Numbered from the stretch's first letter, positions 38,576 to 51,566 are shown. The stretch: DNA of 64,000 bases from Oopsacas minuta (GCA_024704765.1 JAKMXF010000328.1:247260-311259); one strand, 5' to 3'. Made by a program: numbers and translations. The notes: generated by a model from the sequence alone, not told the origin.

Positions 38576-38777
38576 GTGCCCCAGTCTAGCTTTAGTGAGG
38601 CCAAAAATTATTTCAGAATTTATTGGTAGAGTCCTTGTGCGATTTGGTTGATTATTGATTATACAACCACAATGTATTCGTTATTCAAAGATATATTATA
38701 TAACCATGACTTCTAGAAAATTGACCACATAATGAATTAGATTGATTCCAATATTCTTAGAACTAATATACATTATA

Positions 38778-38928
38778 AAGGAGAACCTCGTTAATACGTA
38801 CACCAAGGGACCGTCGAGATTTGTACTCCCTATCCGGAGTGAAACATTTGGGTATCCATTGTACTGACTAAAATTGTGTAAAATTGTGTCCGTCTTAACC
38901 GAAAATTCGTATTAACGAGGTTTCACTG
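38778..38928. mobile_element. Tigger/pogo-like MITE
   Basis: AACCTCGTTAATACG / CGTATTAACGAGGTTTCACTG|TA; the left terminus is degenerate. Confidence 0.65.
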
Positions 38929-39281
38929 TATTTCACTAAATTAGATATTTTTACCCACTTCCCGCAAGTGCAATTAGCTATGTTTTCGAATGGTATATTG
39001 ACTGGCCACCATAGAGTCTTTTATTTGTTTTCCTCCCAAAAGATCGTGTTGTTCTTAAAACGTTTCATTCAATAAGTTCTCAATATTGGTCAAATACATT
39101 TGCTTACTACCTATTTTGTACTTAACAAATATTGTTATAAATTCAGTCTTCCCACGCTTGGCCTTTTTTCGCTAAATATATTTTGGTTGAAATTTATGTG
39201 GTCTTGATGTTCTATGACGTGGGCCACCTCACCTGATTAATATATACTACGTCAAGCTCATAGGATTCTAATACACTAAGG

Positions 39282-39397
39282 CATTGGTTCTTAACCTTTT
39301 TCTTCCTCCGACCTCTTTGGTTCATTTATGGGGTCCGCGGACCCCCTCCCAATAAACATAACAAAAACATTTTTAGGCCCCAGGTTGAGAACCACTG
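39282..39397. mobile_element. 116-bp Buster-type hAT MITE
   Basis: TIRs CATTGGTTCTTAACCT / AGGTTGAGAACCACTG and a perfect 8-bp TSD CACTAAGG on both sides. Confidence 0.93.
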
Positions 39398-41077
39398 CAC
39401 TAAGGCAATGCGCTGGCTCTTTTTCAGGACCAGAGATTGGTTAACCGAGTTTGGGATTATTATCCTGGAGCGTATATCTCAGAAACAATGCACTTTTGGC
39501 CGAATTAAGTATTTCACACTTGTAGAAATACAATTATCAAAACTGCTCCACCTTTAACACCATATAAAACGTCAACTATTGATATTTGATTAACATGTTG
39601 AAATATGAAATGTTCTATAATCGTTTCTACACAAAATTAAAAATTTGTCAAGATAATATTTCCTGAGTTATAGTACAAACCATGGATAGCACATGTTTTG
39701 CCAATATCCACTTATAACTCGATAATCATGGATATTGTTGTAAAGTCATGATAGCTATTATAGTATACATCCGATTATCCATACCCTAATAATACATTTT
39801 GATATGATAACTCTTACCAATGTGAAGTAATAGTTAATATGCCCATATATGGTTATTTTCAATTTATCGCAATGATTTTCTTGCTAACTTTATCATGACA
39901 AATATATATTTGGTGTAATAACGATTTATAAGATTTCGTATTTCAACATTTTAGTCAAGTCACTTATTGTTTGTCAATTTGTCATCTATGAACGCTATTC
40001 TAACATCTTGTCTTTCGCGATTTTCTATTCTCGACAATTCTCAGGAATGTTACCCCCACGAATGGCGAAGGCTGCCTGTGTATAGCATTTCAGGGATAAT
40101 TGATTGGATCGAGGAATATGCTCAGCGCAAGAAAGCGAAGAAGCCATCAGATTGGCTAAGGACACAGCTGAGGGACGGAGAGATCCACTCTGGGAAGTTT
40201 AAATGATACGGGGGCCTGGGCGTCGAAGACAAATCGTAACGCCAATGAGTTTGAGGGAGAAGGTGATCAAGAAGATCTATGGACTCATGTGCGTGAGCTA
40301 AGAACACTAGATATGATTAAGCGGAACTACTTCTGGCAAGGTATGAAAGCAGACGTATCCCAGTTTTGTAAGGTGTCATGATTGTAACAGCAAAAAAGGC
40401 GAGTGGTGCTGCCAAACAGATGCTACACCCCAACGAGTTGGGCGGGCATCGCTCCAGATCAGCGGTTGCAATGGACGTTGCGACATTGCCATGGAGCGAC
40501 GACTATTATCGCTATTTTTTATTGGGATAGACATGTTCACAGGCTAGATAGAGCTAATCGCGTTGCAGAATCACACTGCTGCAAGCATTGAGACCGCATT
40601 ACCCCTGGTTGGATACAACGACAAGGCGTACTAAAAGAGATCCTAAGGATCAAGAACGCAACATGGATGGGGAGTTGGTTGATACAGTTTGCAAGAGTTT
40701 GTGAATTGAGAGAAATTCCACGCCTTACCACCCTGTACGGCGAAAAGTTGTGTGGACTATCGAAACAATGCTGGAAAAGTTTACCGATAAAGCCATAGTG
40801 ATTACCGCATTGAGAGACTGAGGTAAGTTCAGGTGGAACTAGGGGAAATAGCAATACAGAAATCTAGGAACGCTAGTGAGCGAATGAAACAAACCTATGA
40901 CATTGATAAGGACTGTAAAGCCACTGAAGGAGTTACGAATCCAGGAATGATTTATTGGACCCACCTTACCTAGGCACATACTTACTACGCAGGAGAAGAT
41001 GTGCCAATGTATTGTTGAGAGACACACTATCCAAAAGGAGAAATGGGTAGACCTAAATAGATTCAAAGTCGTGCCGG

Positions 41078-43383
41078 TGTCACATAGTAATTTTCCCTAC
41101 ACATACCCCGGGAAAAATGCTGTGTAGTAGTTTTCCCCCTGAGAAAATTGTGAAGTATGGTAAAGTTCCCTCTATTCAACAAAGCAATCTAAAACAATTG
41201 AACCCATATAAGCTTTAAGAAGTCAAACAAGTAAATTGCAATATAACCAGGAAATACCGTAAATATATATATTATACATTTGATGATCAAATTTCACTTT
41301 GATTTATGCAACTTTCAACTTATGAAGATATTTACAAATATGTGGAAAGGGGATTCTACACAAAATCTTTTGAAAACCTGGACAAGAAATTATTAAAGGA
41401 TAAACAAAAGATTTTAGAAAGAAATGTCAATCGTTTCAAGTTAAAAATGGCCTTCTCTACCATATTCCGACGAAGTCACGACCTGATAGTTACAGAGAAG
41501 TTCCAAAGGAGATAGACAAAGGAATAATTTTTCGAGCATTGCATTGTTCTAAGGCGGGCGGCTGTCACTTTGGTATTTGTTCTACATTCAATGAGATATC
41601 TGAAAGGTACTGGTGGAAAGGGATGTACAATGATATTCTCTCGAAGGTAAATAGTTGTCATGAATGTCAACAGCAAAATCAATTCAAGAAAGGCCCATCC
41701 GAACTACATCCTGTGAATATACCAGATAGAAGTTTTTCCAAATGGGGAATGGATTTAATTGGTCCTCTCACAGCAACAGTGGAAGGAAATTCTTATATTA
41801 TTGTTTTACTGAATATTTCACTCGTTGGGCAGAGGCCAAGGTAATTCCTAACAAGACTGCCTCTTGTACTTTTGCTGCGATATTGGATCTTATAATAACT
41901 TGATTTGGTGCCCCTAAAATATAATCTCCGAACAGGGAAGAGAATTCGTGAATGAACTCAACCATCTACTCTTTCTAGAACTTGAGATTAAGCATAACAT
42001 ATGCAGTGCATATCATCCGCTGTCTAATGGTCTAACGGTAAGATTTAATCAATCTCTCATCATCCAGTTGCGGAAGGTGGTGAACGACAATATGGACAAT
42101 TGGGATAAGTTAATCTCTTGGATATTAATGTCCTGCAGGTCTAATCGACAAGCATCACAAAATTCTCGCCGTATTTTTCAGTTTATGGAAACAAATGCGA
42201 CTACCAATCGAGCTAGAATCATATAAAGTTAACACAGATATGGAACAAAATGACCAAGATGTCTTGGAATCCAGAATCACGCGGCTAGGAATTCTAAGCT
42301 CGTTCAGGATTACTGCTAAATGTAACCTTACTAACTCTCAGCAAGCACGAAAACCAATACGATTCCAAACACCAATGTCCCAAGTATAAATTGAGTGATC
42401 TTGTGGTATACAAACTGTCGACGCAAAACACGTAAGGGTGGAAAGCTTGAATCTGTATGGATAGGGTAGAGAATTATCATAGAAGTCTTGGAAAAAGGTA
42501 CATATATATTAGATGGTCTCGAAAGAATTTTTAATGCTACTCAACTTAAACCAGTTATTAAGGAGGATGTGGTAACAGAATTACCAGCAAAGAAATCAAA
42601 TTAATCGAAAACAATAACGAAGAAGTAATTTCACTTGAACTAAAACAGGAGGTTCAAAACTATATATTCCACCCACCAGAAGTACAATGGCAGAGGAATA
42701 TATGCGATGCTTCTGGAGGAGTATTGAAGTGTAAGGAGAAGTCGTCACCTATTGGTCAAGTACTAAATGTAAATTTACAACACTTTCGAAACCGACTCGA
42801 ATAAAGCGTATTATCGGTATGGTGATTGTGTTTTTAGAGCTTTATCATTCGTAATTACTGGAGAAGAAGACCAGCAATCTGCAATACCGAAATATGTATC
42901 TGATTTTATGGAATTAAAAGGGAAGGAAATAGGTGGAAAAAATCCCAAAGATTATCTCGAAGATTCGAAAATGAGGAAAGATGGAATGTGGGGACTATGA
43001 TGAAATTTTTTCTGCAGCAGCTTGTTAACAACTACAATTTATACCTGGAAAATATTTGGGAGAAAGACTTTGCTGGAATCGATATGGTCATAATAAAGAA
43101 AATATCAACAATTTCGGGATATATGTTGATAATTCTAGTGGCATCCATTATGATATTGTTCTATCGATTGGTAAAAAATGATAGCATTTCTATTATTCAT
43201 TACTTTTAGCTATTATATTATATTCCTTTCTTCTTAAGTGAGTTTCTCATATTGATACTATTAAAACACAATTAAGTAATCATCTGATTGTTTACTAAGT
43301 AGTAATTTTGCAAGGGGGAAAATCACTACATAGCAAATTTCCCGGGGGAAAAACCATTATAGGGGGATGAATACTATGTGACA
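41078..43383 (+). mobile_element. Ginger1 DNA transposon, 2306 bp
   Basis: Imperfect ~80-bp TIRs starting TGTCACATAGTA and a CCGG TSD at 41074-41077 and 43384-43387. Confidence 0.92.
41306..43140 (+). pseudogene. Ginger1 transposase: gypsy-like integrase with a C-terminal OTU domain
   Basis: H.CH..GGCHFG..RYWWKGMYND..CHECQ; WGMDLIGP; SAYHPLSNGL.VRFN; GPY/F-like region; then DGDCVFRALSFVITGEE, MRKDGMWG and IYVDNSSGIHYDIV. Frameshifted. Confidence 0.85.
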
Positions 43384-44068
43384 CCGGGGGCCACAATCAG
43401 TTGAATATAGTCGTACCAGTAGCTGAAGCTATGGAACGGAGAGTGGAGGACCAAGACCAGTAGTTTATCGATAATACCAGAGAGGCGGACGAAGCCAGTG
43501 AAACTGACCCTCCTTTCGACGAAAATAGAAATGTTAGGAGATCCCAATGATTACCGAAACAAACCGAGTTTTTCGGTGAGCCGATTCCTTAGGAGAGTTT
43601 AAACCCACGGAGATCAGATACTAATGACCCGTTTTTTTTAGGAGAGGGAAGTGATGTAAAAAATAATCGTCTCCCACTTCTTATTCACCCACATTGTTTA
43701 GTATTCTCATAGACTAGATAAAGGAATCTTAGTAATTATTGACTGAGTGTTACTTCTCTGTAATAAATCACTTATTGTATCGTTAGTAATATTACCGTAT
43801 AGCATATTATAACAGCAAGAATATTGAAATTTATGCAGAATGGCGATGAAATTTGTAAAATTTTCGAAATTAATGAATTAAAATTGAACCTGTCATAAGA
43901 GGCGCACAGGTGGCGCATGAATGGGGGCGGTATAGAGCATTAAAAGAGCGCGTTCCTATTCGACGAGCGGGACCTGGAGCGACGCTCCATTTTTGAAGGA
44001 GCTGGCTCCTATTTAATTTAAGATTGAATTCAATCTTATTCCTCTCTATTATGTTAGTTGGTTGTAAA

Positions 44069-45445
44069 ATGAGTGACTTGGAATCTGATGAAGAAGATGA
44101 AAGGCGATTCTTGCTTCGGTTTCTTCGCCTCAGACAACAATCAGAATTTAGTTCACCAGATAATGAAATTCTCCAACATTCCATTTCGGAATATTGTTAC
44201 AGAGTCAGTGAGAATGACATTACCAATTCTACTTTGCAGGGATCTGAATTATTTTTAAGTTGCAGAGGTTGGTCACCTGACAGAACAAGTTTCTACTCGA
44301 AACTACGTCGAAGAGAATTTCAATCTTCCCACCTCAGCCTTAAGTCCATGCAGTCTTATACAGAAAAACGCATCCCTAACACTGTAGGATTTTCCTTTAA
44401 GAACAACTCTCGTATTTATGTATCTCAGTACAGTCAGGATGGTACAATTTTCTATGTTGCTACTCAAGATGGAGACATTACGCTATATAGCGTCCCCACC
44501 TTCACACCAATCAAATACATACAAGCGTGCGAAGTTGGCTGGGCTGTGATCAGCTGTTCGCTTAATATGACAAATAACCTATTGGCTTACAGCACTTGGT
44601 CACCTTGTGTATATCTTTACCATATTGATGACCCTGCCTGTACACCATTCTTGATCAATCTCGGACCCACACATAAGAGTTTCGCAATATTCGATACAAC
44701 ATTTTCGGCAGACAGCTCTGTCATAGCGGCAACTTGCTCAGATGGATGTGTTTATCTTTGTGATGTGGAGAGACGTATCCGTACACATCGTGTGGTAGCT
44801 CATGAGGATCACGCGAATGCATGCGTGTTCCTAGATCAGTCATGTCATTTGCTAATTTCTGGAGGTGAAGATGGTCTCATTAGACTTTGGGACACTCGTC
44901 ATATTGCTGGAATTTTAGACGATCCTGTAGCCACATTTCCTGGCCACATCGACAGCATTACGAGTTTAGATGCGCGCTTTGATGAGAGATACTTTATCTC
45001 CAATTCTAAAGACCAGACAATAAAACTGTGGGATGTACGTAAACCTGGAGATGGACGTACTGTGGAGCGAACGAAAACTGTTGTGTCTAGACAAAACTGG
45101 GATTACAGATGGGAAGATCCTCCCGAATTTCTCGCTCAAATGCGATTGTATGGCGACACCTCAATCTGCTCCTACACAGGACATAGGGTACAAACCACTC
45201 TCATTCGTGCTAGATTCTCTCCTCAGCATACAACTGCCTCCAAATACATATATACAGGATCACACGGAGGTCGTCGTGATAGTAAGGCACACATCTATGA
45301 CATGCTTACTGGGGAGTTGGTTGCTAAAATAGGCTCTCACTCTTCTCTGATAAGAGATGTGTCTTGGCATCCTTACCATTTGTGGCTAAACACTTCTTCT
45401 TGGGATGGTACGTGGTTACAGTGGAAGTATGTCCCCGATGTATAG
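44069..45445 (+). CDS. DCAF11: DDB1- and CUL4-associated factor 11 (WDR23), intronless
   Basis: WD40 repeats with family motifs VGWAVI..YSTWS, HEDHANAC, SGGEDGLIRLWD, GHIDSITSLD.RFDERYFISNSKDQTIKLWD, QNWDYRW, LIRARFSP.HTT and RDVSWHP. Confidence 0.93.
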   Translation: MSDLESDEEDERRFLLRFLRLRQQSEFSSPDNEILQHSISEYCYRVSENDITNSTLQGSELFLSCRGWSPDRTSFYSKLRRREFQSSHLSLKSMQSYTEKRIPNTVGFSFKNNSRIYVSQYSQDGTIFYVATQDGDITLYSVPTFTPIKYIQACEVGWAVISCSLNMTNNLLAYSTWSPCVYLYHIDDPACTPFLINLGPTHKSFAIFDTTFSADSSVIAATCSDGCVYLCDVERRIRTHRVVAHEDHANACVFLDQSCHLLISGGEDGLIRLWDTRHIAGILDDPVATFPGHIDSITSLDARFDERYFISNSKDQTIKLWDVRKPGDGRTVERTKTVVSRQNWDYRWEDPPEFLAQMRLYGDTSICSYTGHRVQTTLIRARFSPQHTTASKYIYTGSHGGRRDSKAHIYDMLTGELVAKIGSHSSLIRDVSWHPYHLWLNTSSWDGTWLQWKYVPDV

Positions 45446-46252
45446 AGTTGTGTATTGATTGTTATTCTAAATCTAATGTTTATTTCCAGCTATTTTATAT
45501 ACCTATTATGATATACATTTTTTCAAGTATCCTCCTTCACCAATCTGTCCTGGGTTCCCAGGTCTCTTTCGTAAATTTCGTAACGTTTGTTTGAAAGTTT
45601 GTCTGTTGTTAAGGAAAGTTATAGCACAAACTTGCGGCGCTTAATGAGGGAAATACGATATTTCTTGTTAATCAATAACATAAAAAGAATTCAACAAAAC
45701 TTGACAACTAAATAGAATATGCTGAATGCGATTAAACACATTTTAGAATTACATCATATGGAAAATTAATCTAATTTTGCTTTATTATTTGTTAATTTAA
45801 TACCTAAAATCAAATATAGCCAGATGCTTGCCATCAACTGCTTTCCAAATCAATCGTGGTGATTCCGAATTTCGCATTTTCAAGCTGCGTACCGAAGGTC
45901 GGGTGGGGGGGTTCCGCCACACCCCGGCGGAATATTACCACTTAAAGGCCGAATCCATTCAATAGTATCTATATAACATACATGCCAACCTGCGATACAT
46001 CAATCCCTTGACACGAGAATTTGTTTTTCGCTCGCTTCCTTATAAAGTTGATTAACAACAGAACTGATTCATCCAATAATCAAATAAAACCAGTCTGAGA
46101 CTGACAGACTTGTGGATTTCATATAAAATCGTTTTCAAATGATTGTTCCATTTGTTGCTACAATAATTTGATTTGATATGAATTGAAATAATACATCGAT
46201 TCCACTAATCTGTTGGCTGAATATCCAATATATTCCAGAGTAGTTAAATAAT

Positions 46253-46290
46253 ACTAGCGAGCTTCGCTTGCTTGCGCTAAGCGGTTGAGA
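46253..46290 (-). repeat. Helitron-like 3' terminus (hairpin + CTAG|T)
   Basis: The minus strand reads GCGCAAGCAAGCGAAGCTCGCTAGTA. The extent of the element was not determined. Confidence 0.45.
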
Positions 46291-46944
46291 ACTTCATGGC
46301 AGCACTCGGTCCTATGGAATTTTAATCCCCAAACCTATTTTTCAGGTAGACTTAAAATTGCAAAATTCGGAATACATCAATTATACCTAAAGGACCTACA
46401 TGAATTTCAACATGATGCATTAGGAGCGAAACGGTATAAATATGTTTTCGCAAATCCTCATCATTTGATATGCCACTTCTTACCATAACATTGATGTGGT
46501 GCTGAGGACTCGTAGCAAATATATTTATTAGGTTGTGCTTTAATACCTCAAAATGGATTCATAATATGGACTAAAGTACCTCTCTGCTCACGGATTGGTA
46601 ATATCGGTACACTCCTATACAATGTAAAAGTTTCTTATTTTAAGAGTCAAGTTAGTAACAAAACCGTTGGAAAACTAATCTTAGAAATCAAAGGGATCAC
46701 GCATTACCTCAGTAAAGATAAGGCTATTACTCGTTGAGAGAGTATCATCATTATCAGCTGTATCCGTTTTATTATCGTAAATGACGTCGAGACGTAATAC
46801 AGTCTCGTCTCACTATTAAAATCGTAATTGCTGGATTGGGTATTTTGAATCGATAGCCACTTGTTGAATGCGATTTCGATCGGACTCGTTAAGAATATTG
46901 CATTTAATTGATGTCGGCCATAATTGACCCGCCACTGAATAATT

Positions 46945-47786
46945 AGATTTGTCCCCACTTGAGTGAAGCTCACTTGAGCGAAATCCATTAAGCCAATTAT
47001 TTGACGGTTTAATAAATGAATTATTTTAATAAGATTCAAAACAAGTACATAAATGAAATATAAGAGTATTAATCATAGAGAAAAAATTGTTGGTTGTGCA
47101 ATATTATGAGCAATTCCGGTTGAATATTCATCAGCACTCTTCTGTCCCGAGTTAAAAGATAAAGTAAGGTTTCTATTATTTTCGTTGATTTGCCTGTATT
47201 TTATATTCTTGGAATAAGCCTTTATATTTCCAATATTTTTTTGAGCTAATAGCGTTTCTGTACATCTTTGCTCTCTAATGAGTTTTGACACGAATTCATA
47301 GATATTCGCGTGTGACTTTCCAATCGCTCTATTTAATCTTAAATGCCAACCTTCCAGATTATTATTTGTTCTTCGTTCTACTCCATACATATTCCAAAGC
47401 TTATGGGAGTTCTAATTTGAATATCACTGTTCCTCTGATCATTCATACTATAGATGCAGCCATTGCAATCTCGAGTGCGACAACGCCATCGTTTCTTAGT
47501 ATTGGCCGACACTAATTTGTCAAAATCTATAAGAAAGACCTTCAAAACTTAACGCAGGACACTTTTTTGTTGTTTCGTAATGAGATGCCATTTGATGAAA
47601 TAATGTTCTTTGACATGGAAAAGGTTCCCATTTATACGAAATTGATCTATGATACCAAAATGTGTATTATTTTAACACCAAAAGCACCCTTTATTTGAGT
47701 CTCATTTTGATAACTTTACACATTGTGATACGGTTTCGCTCAAATGGGCTTCGCTCAAATGAGTTTCACTCAAGTGGGGAAACTCC
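46945..47786 (-). mobile_element. Internally deleted MULE element
   Basis: TIRs TCCCCACTTGAGTGAA(G/A)CTCA.TTGAGCGAA at both ends. The coding remnant (47073-47591) joins KRWRCRTRDCNGCI to WNMYGVERRTNNNLEGWH. Confidence 0.8.
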
Positions 47787-47861
47787 TGATAGTCCATCAC
47801 ATGCCTATTGTCATTTTATAATCCATCTCTGCTCACTAATAGCTTGTATATTGTATCTCTG

Positions 47862-50830
47862 ATGCCCAGTGCCTGTTCTGCCCCGGGTTGCACAAGTAAT
47901 TATTACCCAGATGACAGAGTGTATATATTCAGAATGCCAAAGATTCCACCCGAACTTAAACAAGCCTGGATACGCGCTCTCCACCGTGAAGATATTGATC
48001 GTCTCAAAGTCGTTTATGAATGTATCAAACATTTCCGTGAAGAAGATGTTGACTATTTTCATAAAGTTCCCAATGGTGACGGTACTTTCACTAGTGTACC
48101 TCGCGATAAACTTAAGCTGAAAGAAGGGGCAATTCCCAGTTTACTTCCCAGTTTCCCCTCTTATTATTCATCAACATCGACAAGCAAACGTACTCGTTTG
48201 TTTTATAAATCAAAAGAGAAAGAAATGTTGAATCAAACCATTCAGCTTAGTCTAAAATCTGAGAGTGAGGCCAAACACAAATTCATCATTAGAAATTTAC
48301 AGGATCTGAAAGCTAAGTTGAATTATATTGTGTTACCAGACAATTGGTTAGTATGGCATACTGACAATTCTAGTACACTGTTTATTCTNNNNNNNNNNNN
48401 NNNNNNNNNNNNNNNNNNNNNNNNNNNNNNNNNNNNNNNNNNNNNNNNNNNNNNNNNNNNNNNNNNNNNNNNNNNNNNNNNNNNNNNNNNNNNNNNNNNN
48501 NNNNNNNNNNNNNNNNNNNNNNNNNNNNNNNNNNNNNNNNNNNNNNNNNNNNNNNNNNNNNNNNNNNNNNNNNNNNNNNNNNNNNNNNNNNNNNNNNNNN
48601 NNNNNNNNNNNNNNNNNNNNNNNNNNNNNNNNNNNNNNNNNNNNNNNNNNNNNNNNNNNNNNNNNNNNNNNNNNNNNNNNNNNNNNNNNNNNNNNNNNNN
48701 NNNNNNNNNNNNNNNNNNNNNNNNNNNNNNNNNNNNNNNNNNNNNNNNNNNNNNNNNNNNNNNNNNNNNNNNNNNNNNNNNNNNNNNNNNNNNNNNNNNN
48801 NNNNNNNNNNNNNNNNNNNNNNNNNNNNNNNNNNNNNNNNNNNNNGGATAGCGAAAACTATTCTTCCTCAGTTATAGCTAAGCTCCAATTTATCCTCTGT
48901 CAATTAGACAATATATTTATTCCAAAGAACAGGCGAAGGTACAATATAATTACACAAGTCATGTCAATTAAGACTCATCTCTTTTCTCCAGCATGTTATG
49001 CATATCTCCAGGGTTTAAAGTGTCTTTCTCTACCTATCTCTCCCAAGCTACTTCTTCCTTCAGTTCATTGGAGAGAAATGTTATAGTTCAAATGGACGAA
49101 ATACACATTAAATCTGATATTACTTATAAAGGAGGGAAGATCTTTGCTCCTAATTTGGACCCAGAGGACCCAACCAGAACTGTGTTTGCGGTAATGATAT
49201 CTAGCTTACATGAGAAATGGTCTTGTATTTCACGTTTATTACCATGTGGTTCTATTTCCGCGAAAAGGCATTTCCCATCATCAAAGAGTGTATCATTGAT
49301 ATTGAGAATTGTGGTTTACGTGTACAGGTAATTTCAACTGACAATTATCCTTTGAATGTAAATCTTTTCAAGCTATTTTCTCTGAGTGGCAAATTCGAAA
49401 CTAGGGTACCTCACCCATTTGATCCTACTAGATTTCTGTTCCTCACGTTCGATTTTGTTCATATTTAAAAAGGATACGTAATAATTGGTTGAATCAGAAG
49501 AATTTTGATAAGACAATGTATTACCTCAAGTTGGAAGATTTTGAGATTGATAAATGCCAGTACCCCCTTTGTCTCCATTCAGCATCTTTTCAAGATGTAA
49601 GCCTGCTATACAGCTCTGAAAGAGGAAGTTTAGCGAAACTGGCTCCTCAGTTAACAGTGAAAGCCTGTTTTCCTTCTAGTATAGAAAGACAGGATGTCGA
49701 ATTGGTTCTGAAGGTTTTTAATGGTCTAACACTATCCGCTCTTGAGATTCCATATGAAAAACGTTGTGAAGAATATCGCAATAATACCTCTACGTTTGTT
49801 AGAATCCTTCCTACTCTGTGGAAAATATTCAATGTTAGTACACCCTCCAAAGGCATACGTTGAAATGACAATCTCTCAACACCCTTGATCTTACACGATG
49901 AGCGTTTCATATATTTAGCTCGTATAGTGTATTGGCTAGATGCTTGGCGGTCATCACCTGGAACATCGGGTAAATTGAATAAGCAAACGTATACTAGTTT
50001 AAGACACGCTTGTATTGCTTTAGAACAGATAACAACCTATCTAACTGAGTCATGTAGATTTTCTTATGTTTTGTCTGCATTTCTGCAAACAGACCCATTG
50101 GAACATCATTTTGGACTCTATCGTATGATGGCTGGTTCGAATTATCAAATTTCCTACATTCAAATTCTTGAATCCGAGCGTAGTCTTTAGCTCTCTAACA
50201 TTCTAAAAAATGTTTTCTGACCAACAGGACTCTTGTCAATCTATACATACTTTTGTCAAATCTTTTACTTCACCCTTTACTACTTCTAGTGATGACCAAA
50301 TAGATCTTGAGCCATATCTTGATGGAATTGGTGACGTATTATCAGTTGAATACACTTAGCAGATACTCCAGTCGTTAGCTTTTATCGGAGGATATTCGGT
50401 CTATAAATTCTTGAAAAGGTTTCAAGAGTGTAGATTATGCACTGATACGCTAACTTATGATAAAGAATTAATTCCTGACCCGTGATTCAATTTCTCAATT
50501 CAAGCTCTTGCAATTAACAGATCGATGGTGGCTCAAATATCTATCTGAGCCTTTTCTTAGCTCTGTCATTACTCTGGAAGATTCTGTTTGCTATTGAGGA
50601 CAATGATCATTTGGCGAATCTACTTGTACACGGTCCAGCTAGGAAAATATTAGTTGAGCTCATATTGATATACATGGAAGATGATGCAAGTGTTGATATC
50701 TGGAAATCAAATTGTTCTATCTGTAGTGTTACTAGATGGGATATCTTACGTAAACTTATTTTTACTACTGCTAATTGCTTTCTTGCCAACAAGATTAAGA
50801 ACGATAATTCACTTGTAAATGATATCACGC
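47862..50830 (+). pseudogene. P-element/THAP9-like transposase (second family), spanning an assembly gap
   Basis: THAP MPSACSAPGC..AWIRAL..CIKHF..LKEGAIPSLLP; VQMDEIHIK; STDNYPLNVNLF; FDFVHI*KRIRNNW; FLQTDPLEHHFGLYRMMAGSNY. Confidence 0.88.
48389..48845. other. Assembly gap (457 N)
   Basis: Run of N. Confidence 1.
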
Positions 50831-51566
50831 ATCAATGTGACGATGCTCATATATGGTCATTTTCAAGATTCCGCAATACTCTTCAATTATTTCATATCAA
50901 TTTGTATTACAAGGGTATGGGAAGTCGGGGTATTGAGTATAAATTGACTATTCTGATTTTACAATAATTTTAATGATGGTCGAGTTATAATTGAATATTC
51001 ATGAAATTCGCCATCCATGGTCTCTACCTTAACTCAACAACGAGCCAACTTTTGAATGACAAATTTTTGACATTTTGTATAAAAAGATCTATAGATCATT
51101 TTATTTATTCACTTTGAGTTGATAAATGCAATATTTAACGTTCTTCAAGGCATCAAAGAATGGTATATTTTGCTAAATGAATGCTTACTAGAGACATATT
51201 TTTGCACACTCTTAAAGGTTTTTATCATTTATTTGTGTAAAATTTGATGTCCTACAGAATTGTAGTACATTTATTCAGCAAAATGCATTTTTCTGCAATA
51301 AAGAAACCATGTCTATATATGCTTTCAGCTAATATTGCATCCCTGGTGCCAAAATTCGAATTACTGTTAGGCCTTATATTTTGTAGGCTATGACTGATGA
51401 TTCATGGTGTACACCTGAAAAAGTTGGTGTGTACGTGTATACACGGGATAAATTCAGTTTGTACGCATCACACACATTCTCTAATACACTGCAACATTAT
51501 AATCATACATTTATTGTTCCAAATGTAGAAATATCGCAAATTTAGATTTGCTTCTATGATTACAAT

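Larger units (their letters stand above)
40000..43814 (+). mobile_element. Gypsy LTR retrotransposon 3' remnant (integrase, PPT, candidate LTR), interrupted by Ginger1
   Basis: Integrase zinc-finger-like IKRNYFWQGMKADVSQFC..CHDC and VAMDVATLP at 40200-40550. Purine tract GGAGAGGGAAG at ~43641, followed by a TGT...ACA segment (43655-43814) containing AATAAA. Confidence 0.7.

Noticed and set aside
36180-38720. RSS-like/Transib TIRs (CACTATG at ~36188, CACAATG at ~38666)
   Set aside because: No matching inverted partner or 5-bp TSD could be found; such heptamers are expected by chance.
44024-44068. N-terminal extension of DCAF11 from the ORF-track start
   Set aside because: The track start at 44024 is TTG; the ATG at 44069 (MSDLESDEE) is the more plausible start, though the ATG at 44051 cannot be excluded.
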